From Candidatus Heimdallarchaeota archaeon (GTDB lineage: Archaea; Asgardarchaeota; Heimdallarchaeia; Hodarchaeales; Hodarchaeaceae): a DNA stretch of 64,000 nt. The translations under genes and the position numbers were made by a program. Positions 1-9,201 of the stretch are shown one piece after another (the first letter of the stretch is position 1; every line of letters starts with the position of its first letter). The stretch covers positions 256,001 to 320,000 of the forward strand of contig RDOB01000002.1 of the NCBI GenBank assembly GCA_011364965.1, in the 5' to 3' direction. Under the pieces are notes generated by a model. It was not told where the DNA came from and did not search any database. It worked only from the letters and a program-made list of their open reading frames with translations.

Positions 1-170
1 TTCTTATTCATTGTTCCGCTGGTCAAGGCCGTACAGGAACGATTTTGGCATCGTTGTTAGTACTTTTAGATAATCAAGATCCAATAAAAGCTATTAATAT
101 GATCAGAAATGTAAATCCATTTGCTATTGAGACAAAAGAACAAGAAGAATTTATTATGCATTTGAAATAA
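1..170 (+). CDS. Dual-specificity/tyrosine protein phosphatase, C-terminal part (5' truncated by window edge)
   Basis: Frame from position 3 reads LIHCSAGQGRTGTILASLL...AINMIRNVNPFAIETKEQEEFI, containing the HCX5R active-site loop; TAA at 168-170. Not in the ORF track. Confidence 0.9.
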   Translation, partial: LIHCSAGQGRTGTILASLLVLLDNQDPIKAINMIRNVNPFAIETKEQEEFIMHLK

Positions 171-196
171 TGATTTATTTAATTGGTGAAATTATA

Positions 197-775
197 ATGC
201 CCAAAAAATCTACAGCTATTATAGGTTTAATCTTTGCAGCAATTGGTTTTATCATCCCCTCTTTTCTTCTTGTTTGGACTGGAACTGAATCAACCTCAAT
301 GATTTTAGGAGCTAGTTATATCTACATTTGGGGATTTTTTGAAACTTCAATTGGTATTGGTTCAATAGGAGATTCAAGCATACATTTTTTTAATATTAAT
401 TGGTTTATACAACCTGATAATATTTCCCAAGGATCTGAACTGATAGATTTCTATTTGAATATTTTTGCTGTCGGTATCTATCCCGGAAACTTTTCATCTA
501 ACACATTAAGTCTTTCTGGATTAATATTCGGAATCTCTCTACTTTTAACAATACTTGGATTGATTTTTGGATTAATAAAACAAAATATACCAAAATTTTC
601 GGGTACTGCTTTCCTCTTATCAGGTACTATTGCATTGATGGCTGTTTTTTTAATATGGGGAAATATCACGAACCTTACCTTTATTGGTGGAGGAGTTGAA
701 GAGAATTTTTTCCCTATTCCTCTTGGGTGTTTGATGATAATTGGCGCAGGTATCTGGAATATTTTTAAAGCTTGA
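197..775 (+). CDS. Hypothetical membrane protein (about 4 TM segments)
   Basis: Several hydrophobic stretches. GGTGA Shine-Dalgarno at ~185-189 favours ATG 197 (MPKK) over 170. Confidence 0.7.
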   Translation: MPKKSTAIIGLIFAAIGFIIPSFLLVWTGTESTSMILGASYIYIWGFFETSIGIGSIGDSSIHFFNINWFIQPDNISQGSELIDFYLNIFAVGIYPGNFSSNTLSLSGLIFGISLLLTILGLIFGLIKQNIPKFSGTAFLLSGTIALMAVFLIWGNITNLTFIGGGVEENFFPIPLGCLMIIGAGIWNIFKA

Positions 776-793
776 ACAAGTTTTCTTCATTAT

Positions 794-1915
794 TTAATTT
801 TCTTTCAATATTGCGTTCAAGAATTTAACTAAAATTTTCTCCGTATATTCCACTTCTTTTATTGAAACTCTCTCATTAGTGACATGGATTGCTTTGGGAT
901 CTCCAGGTCCAAAAATTACAAATGGTACCTCCTTTGCCAATATTGCTGCATCAGTTGCATAATTTAATCCTATAGGAGTTTTGTTATTCGTCATTTCCAT
1001 TAGTTTTTTAACAAATAGATTATCTACTGATGTACTAACCGTAGGCATAGTTTGCATGATAATTGTCTCAAATCTAACATTTTTCCCCTTAGAAAATTCA
1101 GAAATTTTCTCATGGATTTGTGTAGCAAATTCATTGGGATTAATTGGAGGAATTAATCTATAATCGCAATGAATTTCTGCTTTCTCTGGGACCACGTTTG
1201 CGCTTGTTCCTCCTTGAATTAAGCCAATATTTAGGGTACTAGTTCCTAAGATTTCATTTTCTAGATTAGGAAGTTCGGAATATAAAATAGGGAAGATTTT
1301 AATGAGATTTTCGATGGCATTCACTCCTTTTTCAGGTGTAGATCCATGAGCTGACTGTCCATGACACAGGATCTTTAACCATAGGACTCCTTTCTCTATG
1401 ATGCCAATCTTGAGTGAGGTTGGTTCAGTTACTATCAAAAATACCGCAAATTCCATTAATCCTCTGCTTATTGCCGCTTTAGCCCCTCCTAATCCAACTT
1501 CCTCATCTGAGGTTCCAAGAAATAGGATTTTGAATTTCATCTGGTCTTCAGGAATAGTTTCTTTAATTTTTTTTAGTGCACCTAAGCACGCTGCTACCCC
1601 TCCTTTCATATCTGCGGAACCTCGACCGAGGATATAATTATCTAATTCCATTGGTTCAAATGGATCATTTTGCCAGTTTTTTCTTTCACCTGCTGGAACA
1701 GTATCTAAGTGTCCGCATAAGACAATGGTATATTTTTTTTCACCATAGGATAATACTATATTTCCTTTAAATTCATCCAACCAATGGATTTCACTTCTAA
1801 TTTTATTTTCATCAGCCCATTTTTTAATCCAAAGAATATTCTCGCGAGTAATTCCTGGAGGATTTTCTGAATTTAATTTTATTAATTCTTTGAGAATTCT
1901 AATACTTTCAGACAT
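794..1915 (-). CDS. M20 family metallo-amidohydrolase (ArgE/DapE-like)
   Basis: Motifs GHLDTVP, GRGSADMKGG, DEEVG, EPT, HGSTP..GVNAI, and C-terminal H..NE. Confidence 0.9.
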   Translation of the reverse strand: MSESIRILKELIKLNSENPPGITRENILWIKKWADENKIRSEIHWLDEFKGNIVLSYGEKKYTIVLCGHLDTVPAGERKNWQNDPFEPMELDNYILGRGSADMKGGVAACLGALKKIKETIPEDQMKFKILFLGTSDEEVGLGGAKAAISRGLMEFAVFLIVTEPTSLKIGIIEKGVLWLKILCHGQSAHGSTPEKGVNAIENLIKIFPILYSELPNLENEILGTSTLNIGLIQGGTSANVVPEKAEIHCDYRLIPPINPNEFATQIHEKISEFSKGKNVRFETIIMQTMPTVSTSVDNLFVKKLMEMTNNKTPIGLNYATDAAILAKEVPFVIFGPGDPKAIHVTNERVSIKEVEYTEKILVKFLNAILKEN

Positions 1916-1935
1916 AAAAGAACCTTCTATAAGTC

Positions 1936-2178
1936 CTAGATTGACATATTTTTCATTCTTTCATACTCCTCAATCTCCATTTCAGCAAATATTGGTCCTT
2001 GGTATTCACAATTGTGACAAATATAGGTTCTTGGCGCTAATATACCTAAAAATGTATTTGGAAGAATACTCAATGAATTTTGGAGACATACTGGGCAAAC
2101 TATGACATTTGTGTTCGATTTTGAAACTCGGTGAGTTAAATTTTTAATTTCTTTCACTTTTCTAAAGAATTGACACAT
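1936..2178 (-). CDS. Small Zn-ribbon protein
   Basis: CPVC...YICHNCEYQGP gives two CxxC pairs; co-oriented with the M20 gene. Confidence 0.75.
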   Translation of the reverse strand: MCQFFRKVKEIKNLTHRVSKSNTNVIVCPVCLQNSLSILPNTFLGILAPRTYICHNCEYQGPIFAEMEIEEYERMKNMSI

Positions 2179-2480
2179 ATTACGTCCCTAGTTAAATGAT
2201 AAATGAAAATTTGTTGTTTGATCTATGATAAATATGAAGAAAGATGTTTATTATCTGAAATATTGTCATTTTGCTATTCAATCCACATGTTCTCATATAT
2301 TTTTAGTATAAGTGAGCTTTTCTTTGAGGATTTTTTTAGATTATTTATTTGATATCGAATTAATGAACTGTTAACTTATTAATACTAATGTAATTTTCCT
2401 CTCAAACAGGGATATTGAACCTAATCATTTAATTTAATTAAGTATTAACCTGCATTGTGGCAACCTTTTTTTACTCCCTA

Positions 2481-2500
2481 TTATCAATAAGTTATCAATA
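2481..2500. promoter_or_regulatory. TTATCAATA direct repeat (11-bp period) upstream of the Rab-like GTPase
   Basis: ttatcaata at 2481-2489 and 2492-2500. Confidence 0.3.
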
Positions 2501-2547
2501 GATTAAGTTTTCTTTTATGTAATATAAGATCCTAGGCGATTTAAAAA

Positions 2548-3108
2548 ATGAGTACTATCCAATATAACTACCTAGCTAAGATTCTTCTTCTTGGGGAATA
2601 TAGAGTAGGCAAAAGTAGCATGGTACTACGATATGTCGAGGATAGATTTCCAGGCGATTATATGGCAACCATTGGTGCCAATTTTTTAGTTAAAAGCGTA
2701 AATCTCTCTTTATATGGACGACAATATAGAGTTGGACTTCAGATTTGGGATATAGGAGGGCATGCTCGTTCCTCACAAGTTGGACGTGTGTTTTTCCAAG
2801 GTGTATCAGGCGCTTTACTCGTTTACGATCTCACAAGAAAAGATACATTAGAGAAGCTTCCATTATGGATCGAACAATTGATGAAATATTCACCAGAAGC
2901 AAGGACGTATCTTGTTGGCAATAAAAGTGATCTCTTTTCTGAACGCGAAATAAGTCTAGAAGACGGGGAAAGAGCAAAAATCTCTCTAGGAATGGTTAAT
3001 TTTTTTGAAACTAGTGCAAAAACAGGGGATCATATTCAAGAAACCTTTGAAAATATGGCAAAACTGCTCATTGAGAGTAATCGGGATAAAATTCAATTAA
3101 AGGAATAA
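2548..3108 (+). CDS. Rab/Ras-superfamily small GTPase
   Basis: G1 GEYRVGKS, G2 YMATIG, G3 WDIGG(H), G4 NKSD, G5 ETSAK; no C-terminal prenylation Cys. Confidence 0.95.
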   Translation: MSTIQYNYLAKILLLGEYRVGKSSMVLRYVEDRFPGDYMATIGANFLVKSVNLSLYGRQYRVGLQIWDIGGHARSSQVGRVFFQGVSGALLVYDLTRKDTLEKLPLWIEQLMKYSPEARTYLVGNKSDLFSEREISLEDGERAKISLGMVNFFETSAKTGDHIQETFENMAKLLIESNRDKIQLKE

Positions 3109-3121
3109 AATTCTCCTTTCC

Positions 3122-3481
3122 CTAAGCCAACATCATGATCTCTTCAAATGAATGAATACCTTCTAAAGTATTTTTATAAAACTCAATTTCCTCCGATGTT
3201 ATTTCATCATTGGCGCAGAGAAATTCAATGATATCTAAAAACAAATTTTTGGCGTAATCAAAATTTGTCATCACCTCGGGGAGGGAGGAGAAGGCAAATG
3301 TTAATCTATCCGCTAATGTTGCATCTGGTACTTTCAATGCATTTCGAACAGTCTGAATATAGATCTCATCATCAGTGATTTGTTGAGCAATTTTTTTTCT
3401 TTTCTCTGCTTCTTGAGCAGCTTCATGGGTAAGTTCTGGCGGTTGAAAAATCTTCTTGAAGAAACGAATGAACCGACTCAT
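3122..3481 (-). CDS. Hypothetical helical protein
   Basis: 119-aa ORF filling the gap; N-terminus looks like an amphipathic basic helix (MSRFIRFFKKIF); no family recognised. Confidence 0.65.
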   Translation of the reverse strand: MSRFIRFFKKIFQPPELTHEAAQEAEKRKKIAQQITDDEIYIQTVRNALKVPDATLADRLTFAFSSLPEVMTNFDYAKNLFLDIIEFLCANDEITSEEIEFYKNTLEGIHSFEEIMMLA

Positions 3482-3660
3482 CGAAACTATCTCACGTTAG
3501 TAATATTTATTATATTTCAGAAAATATCAATAGCAATTCGATGTTTATTCAAATGATTTAAAAAACATCTTATTCAAATTTCTAGTAGAATATAGTTTAA
3601 GTAGAGGTTTGCATTCTACAACAGGAGAATTTACGTTCTACCTGATCAGGAGGTTTATTA

Positions 3661-4716
3661 ATGTCAGATACATCTCGTACAAGTCATTCCGAAGCGATCG
3701 CTGGAGTTCGAATCAAACGATTTCTTACGTTGGCTCTATTACATATTTCTAGTGAGTTAATGAATAAATCTGATAGTAAATCTGCAAAAAAATTTCTAGA
3801 AAGTACAATTGATGATCTCGTAAAGTCAAGTTTTACATTAAGTTCTACAGATAATCCTATCAGCCAAGCCAAGCTATTTATGGCATCATTGGGTTTTTCT
3901 CCATGTGAGATAGAATGGTCGGAAGATATTCGGTTAGGACGATTTCTTCTTGGGAAAAGCCGAATTTGGAAACCAAAATCCGCAAAAGAAGAAGAATTAG
4001 TCGCATTATTGATTTTAGCTATAGTTAAAGGCTTGGGTTATGCTTTTCTACAAACCGCTGTGGAAGTCAAATTTGTGAATGATGATTTATTACCTCCCAG
4101 ATTTTCTTACGAAATCCAATTCCGTGCTGCTGAAGATGTTTTTGCTGAATCCATAAAAACAGTAGAGACTAAAGATAAAGAACAGAGGGTTACATTGTCA
4201 GCAGGAGCACTTTTAGAACCCATACTAGGTACCAGTGTGCGGGTTGAAGAAGCAACGCGATTTTTAATTGAAGCTACTCGGGAAGTTACAGAAGAAATCC
4301 AACCAGACTTATTGAACAGAAAAGATATAGCAGATTACCCCCTTAAAATACTAGAGGTTTTATTTATTCATCTCCAGGGTAGTGATAAATCAATTGACGT
4401 AGCTCAGAGGATTGGGGAACTAATGGTAGATAATTTGAAACTAGAATATCCTGATCTCAAAAATCACCAGATTTTAAAAGGCATAGGACTAATTCCAGTA
4501 GAGCAGATTGATGAGCTTCTTTTCTATGGTAATGTTGAAATTTGTGGACGAGGAAAAGAAGGGAAGAATATACAATTTTGTCAGTTTTTAGGACATCTTT
4601 GGAGTGGATTTGCTTCTAAAGTTTTAGGAAAAAAATTCATCATGGCTGAAGATCCTTTATGTGCCTCAGGGAAGGGAAAAACCTGTATATTTACACTTGA
4701 AGAGATAATAGAATAA
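3661..4716 (+). CDS. V4R (Bet3/TRAPP-related fold) domain protein, probably two domains
   Basis: C-terminus EIC...FCQFLGHLWSGFASKVLG...LCASGKGKTCIFTL matches the Cys pattern of V4R domains. The N-half looks like a degenerate copy. AGGAGG SD upstream. Confidence 0.7.
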   Translation: MSDTSRTSHSEAIAGVRIKRFLTLALLHISSELMNKSDSKSAKKFLESTIDDLVKSSFTLSSTDNPISQAKLFMASLGFSPCEIEWSEDIRLGRFLLGKSRIWKPKSAKEEELVALLILAIVKGLGYAFLQTAVEVKFVNDDLLPPRFSYEIQFRAAEDVFAESIKTVETKDKEQRVTLSAGALLEPILGTSVRVEEATRFLIEATREVTEEIQPDLLNRKDIADYPLKILEVLFIHLQGSDKSIDVAQRIGELMVDNLKLEYPDLKNHQILKGIGLIPVEQIDELLFYGNVEICGRGKEGKNIQFCQFLGHLWSGFASKVLGKKFIMAEDPLCASGKGKTCIFTLEEIIE

Positions 4717-4734
4717 AAAAGGAAGAGAAAAGAA

Positions 4735-5937
4735 TTATTTATATGAACTCCATTTCTCCTCGAGTTTAGGATCCATAATTGTATCCATAATATATTTCCC
4801 AAATTCTTCTCCTGTTGCTCCAGTATCTCTTCCAGTGATTTTAATCTTCTTTTCGAATTCTGCACAAATATCCAAGGCCATTTCCAATTTTTTGGCCTTT
4901 TCAACAAAGCCTATATGATTTAGTAGTAGTGCAGCAGCTTTAATAATGCTTGATGGGTCAGCATAGATTTGACGTCCTTCATCAATCATTTTCAAGGCTG
5001 AACCATGAATAGCTTCAAACATTGCATAACGTTTACCGATATTTGCGGAGCCAGCTGTGCCCACTCCACCTTGAATTTGTGCAGCTTCATCAGTTAAGAT
5101 ATCACCATAAAGATTAGGCATAACAAGAACTTTAAAGGAACTTTGACGTTCTGGATCAATCAACTTTGCTGTCATTATATCAATGTACCAATCGTCCCAT
5201 TTAACTTCTGGATAATCTTTAGATACTCTTTCTGCCATTTCTAAGAATTTTCCATCAGTAGTTTTGACAACATTCGCCTTGGTTACAACTGTGATCTTAT
5301 TTATACTGTTCTTTTTGGCATATTCGAAAGCAGCTCTTATTATTCGTTCAGATCCTTGCATAGTAATAACTTTAAAATCAAAAGTAAGATCTTCAGTAAT
5401 TGCGATCCCCTTTGAACCTAAAACATATTCCCCCTCTGTATTCTCTCGGTAGAACATCCAATCAATTCCTTTTTCAGGAACTTTAACTGGTCTAACATTC
5501 GCGAAAAGATCTAGCTCTCTTCTCATTGCGACATTTGCGCTTTCGATATTAGGCCATGGGCTTCCTTTCCAAGGTGTTGTTGTAGGGCCTTTTAAAAGTA
5601 CATGGCATTTCTTGATTTCAGCTAAAACATCATCTGGAATAGCTTTCATCACTTCTGCACGTTTTTCAATGGTTAATCCTTTAATTTCACGGATTTCTAC
5701 TTTTCCAGAGTTAATTTCATCCTCTAAGAGAAAATTAAGGATTTTTATTGCATGTTTAGTGATCTCAGGTCCTATTCCATCTCCACCAGCTGCACCAATT
5801 ATAATCTTGTCAAGAGACTGATAATTGATCCAGTCTGGTTCAGATTTTAATAGTCGTACTCTTTCGAGTTGTTCTCGAATCAATTTTTCGAAATGTTTGG
5901 AACCTTTCTGAACTAATTCTTCAGACATTTTTATCAC
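4735..5937 (-). CDS. icd: Isocitrate dehydrogenase (isocitrate/isopropylmalate dehydrogenase family)
   Basis: GDGIGPEI, KGPTTTP, SANVAMRRELDLFANVRP, RENTEGEY, PNLYGDILTD, FEAIHGSA; lies in an operon with aconitase. Confidence 0.85.
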   Translation of the reverse strand: MIKMSEELVQKGSKHFEKLIREQLERVRLLKSEPDWINYQSLDKIIIGAAGGDGIGPEITKHAIKILNFLLEDEINSGKVEIREIKGLTIEKRAEVMKAIPDDVLAEIKKCHVLLKGPTTTPWKGSPWPNIESANVAMRRELDLFANVRPVKVPEKGIDWMFYRENTEGEYVLGSKGIAITEDLTFDFKVITMQGSERIIRAAFEYAKKNSINKITVVTKANVVKTTDGKFLEMAERVSKDYPEVKWDDWYIDIMTAKLIDPERQSSFKVLVMPNLYGDILTDEAAQIQGGVGTAGSANIGKRYAMFEAIHGSALKMIDEGRQIYADPSSIIKAAALLLNHIGFVEKAKKLEMALDICAEFEKKIKITGRDTGATGEEFGKYIMDTIMDPKLEEKWSSYK

Positions 5938-5988
5938 GCTATAATTTTAATTAACTTATTTGGTTTTATTACACAAAAAAGGGGAGAA

Positions 5989-7824
5989 TTAATCTGCGAA
6001 GAGGATTTCATCCCATGGTTGTCGATATAAACCAGCGCGCTGACGTTTTTGATCAAAGATATGCCCCATCATACCTATAGATCGTCCAAGGACAAATAAT
6101 CCGTTGAGTATCTCTGCGTCAATGACATCTTGCTTTTCTTCTTCAGTTAAATCTAGATTTTCCATTAAATCAAGGAAGCATATTCCGATACATCCATCAA
6201 CATTTAATATCAAATTATTCCTTTTTTGCGTAGTTAGTTTTTCGACTTCCAGAGCAAAATCCAGATAAGGATGTTTAGGAAACCTGGTGAACACAAATTC
6301 CTTCAATAGTTTAACCCTTACATCAGGATTATTAACAGATTTTATTCTGTGACCAATCCCAGGAATATTTATTTGAATGACAGTTTTCATATGATCAATG
6401 AATTCTTGTGGATGCATTCCTTTATCTCGGGCTTCTTTGAAGTACCTTGCTGCATCGGATATTGCTCCGCCGAACCGTGGACCTATTGTAAGAATACCTG
6501 ATGTGAGTGAGGACATTAGATCCTTACCCGCTCGGGCCGTGATTATTGCATTATGGGCTCCACTAACAGCTGGTCCATGATCAGCTGTTAGCTTTACGAC
6601 CATTTCAATATAATCTTGTGCAAAATCGGGTAATTTCTTTTTGAACCAAAGTAAACCTATAACATATCCTAAAGACATATTTTTTTCAATAATGGTGTCT
6701 AATCCCACTCCTGAAAACAGTGGAACGTCACCTCGATCGTCAGAAATTGTAACAACTACATCAGTTGGTCTTCTCACTAATCCAAGTTTATTTGCCATTG
6801 TATAGTCCATCGGAAGAGATGGAGGTTCGAAATCTTCTATAGGATCAATTTTTCCCTCTACTTGGAGTTTTTCAAATGTTTCTTTTATTTTATCACCAAA
6901 ATCATCATAGGAATTTGGTACGATAACTCCAACTTCCCTAAGGGCTTTATTTTTTGCATCTGCTGTTTCTTTTTCACTTCCCGCCATAGCTCCAGCATGT
7001 CCAAATTGTAGACCTTTGGGTAAAATTTTTGCTGCAGTTCCTGTAACCCATAACACGAGAGGTTTCGTTATTTTCCTATCTTTGACAGCTTCGACAATAT
7101 TCCATTCATCAAGTCCCCCGATTTCTCCCAAACATACTAACATCTTAATTTTTGGATTCGCTTCGAATCGAAGAAGGTGTTCTAGTAGAGTAGCACCAGG
7201 ATATCTATCTCCTCCGATAGCAATTCCTTCATAAATTCCATCTGTGTTTTGAGAAACTGTAAAGTACATCTCGTTACTTAATCCACCAGATTTTGAAACA
7301 AATCCCACTGAACCTGGTCGATATAATTTTGAAAGAACAATATTTTCTATTGTTCCTGCAGTATTACCGATTTTGAATGCTCCAGCTTTTATTCCTCCAA
7401 CAGTGGCTGGTCCAATTATCATTTTATTTTTACTCTTTGCAATTCGAACTAAATCTCGACTTTGCCGTTCTGGTATACCTTCAGCAATAATTACTAATGT
7501 ACGGATGGTTTCTGATTCTAATGCTTCTTTACTAGTTGAGTAGGCTGATCGGAAAGAAGAGAAATTTATTATCACATCAGCATCAGCGTGGTTTTTCATT
7601 GCTAAATTTAATTTCTTGTAGATTGGGATAACGATTTCTTTGCTCCCCCAAAAAACCTTATGATATCCAATTGCTCCATCTTGTGTTGGTCGAATAATAG
7701 CTGCAACAGATGGTGTGTTTCGTTTAGAAACAAAATCAAAATCAAGCATACGTTGAATGGCATTTGCTTGAAGGCCATAAATAATAGCTTTTGTATTCCT
7801 ATCAAATAATTCATAGTCTTCCAT
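5989..7824 (-). CDS. aclA: ATP-citrate lyase large (alpha) subunit
   Basis: IIGPATVGGIK, SKSGGLSNE, phospho-His QFGHAGA, and a C-terminal citryl-CoA lyase module (ADHGPAVSGAHN, GPRFGGA, PGIGHRIKS, LILNVDG). Confidence 0.95.
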   Translation of the reverse strand: MEDYELFDRNTKAIIYGLQANAIQRMLDFDFVSKRNTPSVAAIIRPTQDGAIGYHKVFWGSKEIVIPIYKKLNLAMKNHADADVIINFSSFRSAYSTSKEALESETIRTLVIIAEGIPERQSRDLVRIAKSKNKMIIGPATVGGIKAGAFKIGNTAGTIENIVLSKLYRPGSVGFVSKSGGLSNEMYFTVSQNTDGIYEGIAIGGDRYPGATLLEHLLRFEANPKIKMLVCLGEIGGLDEWNIVEAVKDRKITKPLVLWVTGTAAKILPKGLQFGHAGAMAGSEKETADAKNKALREVGVIVPNSYDDFGDKIKETFEKLQVEGKIDPIEDFEPPSLPMDYTMANKLGLVRRPTDVVVTISDDRGDVPLFSGVGLDTIIEKNMSLGYVIGLLWFKKKLPDFAQDYIEMVVKLTADHGPAVSGAHNAIITARAGKDLMSSLTSGILTIGPRFGGAISDAARYFKEARDKGMHPQEFIDHMKTVIQINIPGIGHRIKSVNNPDVRVKLLKEFVFTRFPKHPYLDFALEVEKLTTQKRNNLILNVDGCIGICFLDLMENLDLTEEEKQDVIDAEILNGLFVLGRSIGMMGHIFDQKRQRAGLYRQPWDEILFAD

Positions 7825-7839
7825 AAAAATCTACTCCGT

Positions 7840-9120
7840 TCAAATCTCCTCTAAGGCCAGTGGAACAATTCGAGTCATGTGCGTATATCTATCAAATACT
7901 TTGATAGGAACACCTACTTCTTTACCCACTTGTTTCATTAGTTCTAATCCTTCTTTTTCATTTGGTCCACCTCGACGAACATAGATTTTCACATTCGCCT
8001 TTTTTAATTGTTCAGCAGACTTCCTGATTGCAGATACTATTCCTGTGAACGTCGCTTTGACATCAGTAAAATTAGCGATTCCTCCACCGATTATGAGAAT
8101 CTTAGGTTTCCCTTGTGGATCTGGTTTTTCAGTTATTAGATCTATTATTGTCTTTGCATACATCTCAGTATGTTCACGACTTGGATCACCACTATATTCT
8201 CCATAATTCGCTAGTTGATTTCCATATCCTAAATCGACTATTGTATCAGTATAAATAACTGATGCTCCTCCTCCCGCCACCATTGTCCAAATGCGGGCAT
8301 CTCTGTTCAATATTCGAAGTTTTAAAGAAGCACCAGTCTGTTCATCGATTGATTGAATGAATTCCTCTTCTTTCGACATTTTTTGTCCAAAAGCAGGCGG
8401 GAATTGAACAGGAGAAGCAAGGTTTCCCCAAGTATCTTGATGTAGAAAAGAGGCAGTATCATCTAGCTTTGCTTTGAGATCTAAAGGGACAATTTTTTTA
8501 TCATCTGTTATAGCAAAAGGATTTATTTCAAGAAAAGCGAAGTCTTGATCAACATAGACCTGAAATAACCCTTTAATAAATGGAATTAAGACATCAGTTA
8601 AATCTCCAAGATTGGGAAGTTTATTTGTTACATTAAATGAATTAATATCTGTACCAATTGGAATAGATACATGCGTTACTTTATCCCAGTTTTCCTCAAC
8701 GTAAATTCCACCTTGAAAACTGAAATGAATGATGTCATTATTTCTATCAGATGTGAAAGATATATAATACTCCTTGGAGTGAGGTACAAAGGGTTCTACT
8801 AAAATTCTCTCTAATATACCTTTTGTATTTCCTACTTCTAACTCTTTACCAATTTTTTCTTTCACAAAGGCTTTTAGTCCTTCGAAATTAGCATTTAGTA
8901 AAAGCAAGCCTGCTTTACCTCGTTTACCAAATAATTGATCTGGTTTTGCTGCTAATTTTTCATTTTTAAGCCACGGATTTCTATTTGCAAGATCATCAAG
9001 GTTTGTATCCGGAGTAATTACAAGTAATTTGCTATGGTACTCATACGTTGGAAAATACTTGATTAACTGAGATGCAAGCAATTTTTTTGCATCATATTCG
9101 TAAATACTTTTCTGAGCCAA
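7840..9120 (-). CDS. aclB: ATP-citrate lyase small (beta) subunit
   Basis: KPDQLFGKRGK ATP-grasp, LEINP, AKLDDTA, IWTMVAGGGASVIYTD, NYGEYSG, GGGIANFTDV, VRRGGPN; TTG start with AGGAG SD. Confidence 0.95.
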   Translation of the reverse strand: MAQKSIYEYDAKKLLASQLIKYFPTYEYHSKLLVITPDTNLDDLANRNPWLKNEKLAAKPDQLFGKRGKAGLLLLNANFEGLKAFVKEKIGKELEVGNTKGILERILVEPFVPHSKEYYISFTSDRNNDIIHFSFQGGIYVEENWDKVTHVSIPIGTDINSFNVTNKLPNLGDLTDVLIPFIKGLFQVYVDQDFAFLEINPFAITDDKKIVPLDLKAKLDDTASFLHQDTWGNLASPVQFPPAFGQKMSKEEEFIQSIDEQTGASLKLRILNRDARIWTMVAGGGASVIYTDTIVDLGYGNQLANYGEYSGDPSREHTEMYAKTIIDLITEKPDPQGKPKILIIGGGIANFTDVKATFTGIVSAIRKSAEQLKKANVKIYVRRGGPNEKEGLELMKQVGKEVGVPIKVFDRYTHMTRIVPLALEEI

Positions 9121-9201
9121 AAAGGTTCCTCCTTGGTTTATTTTTCCATTTTAAATTCATTTTTAATTCTTTACTTTTCAAAACAAAAGGATAAATTAAG
9201 A

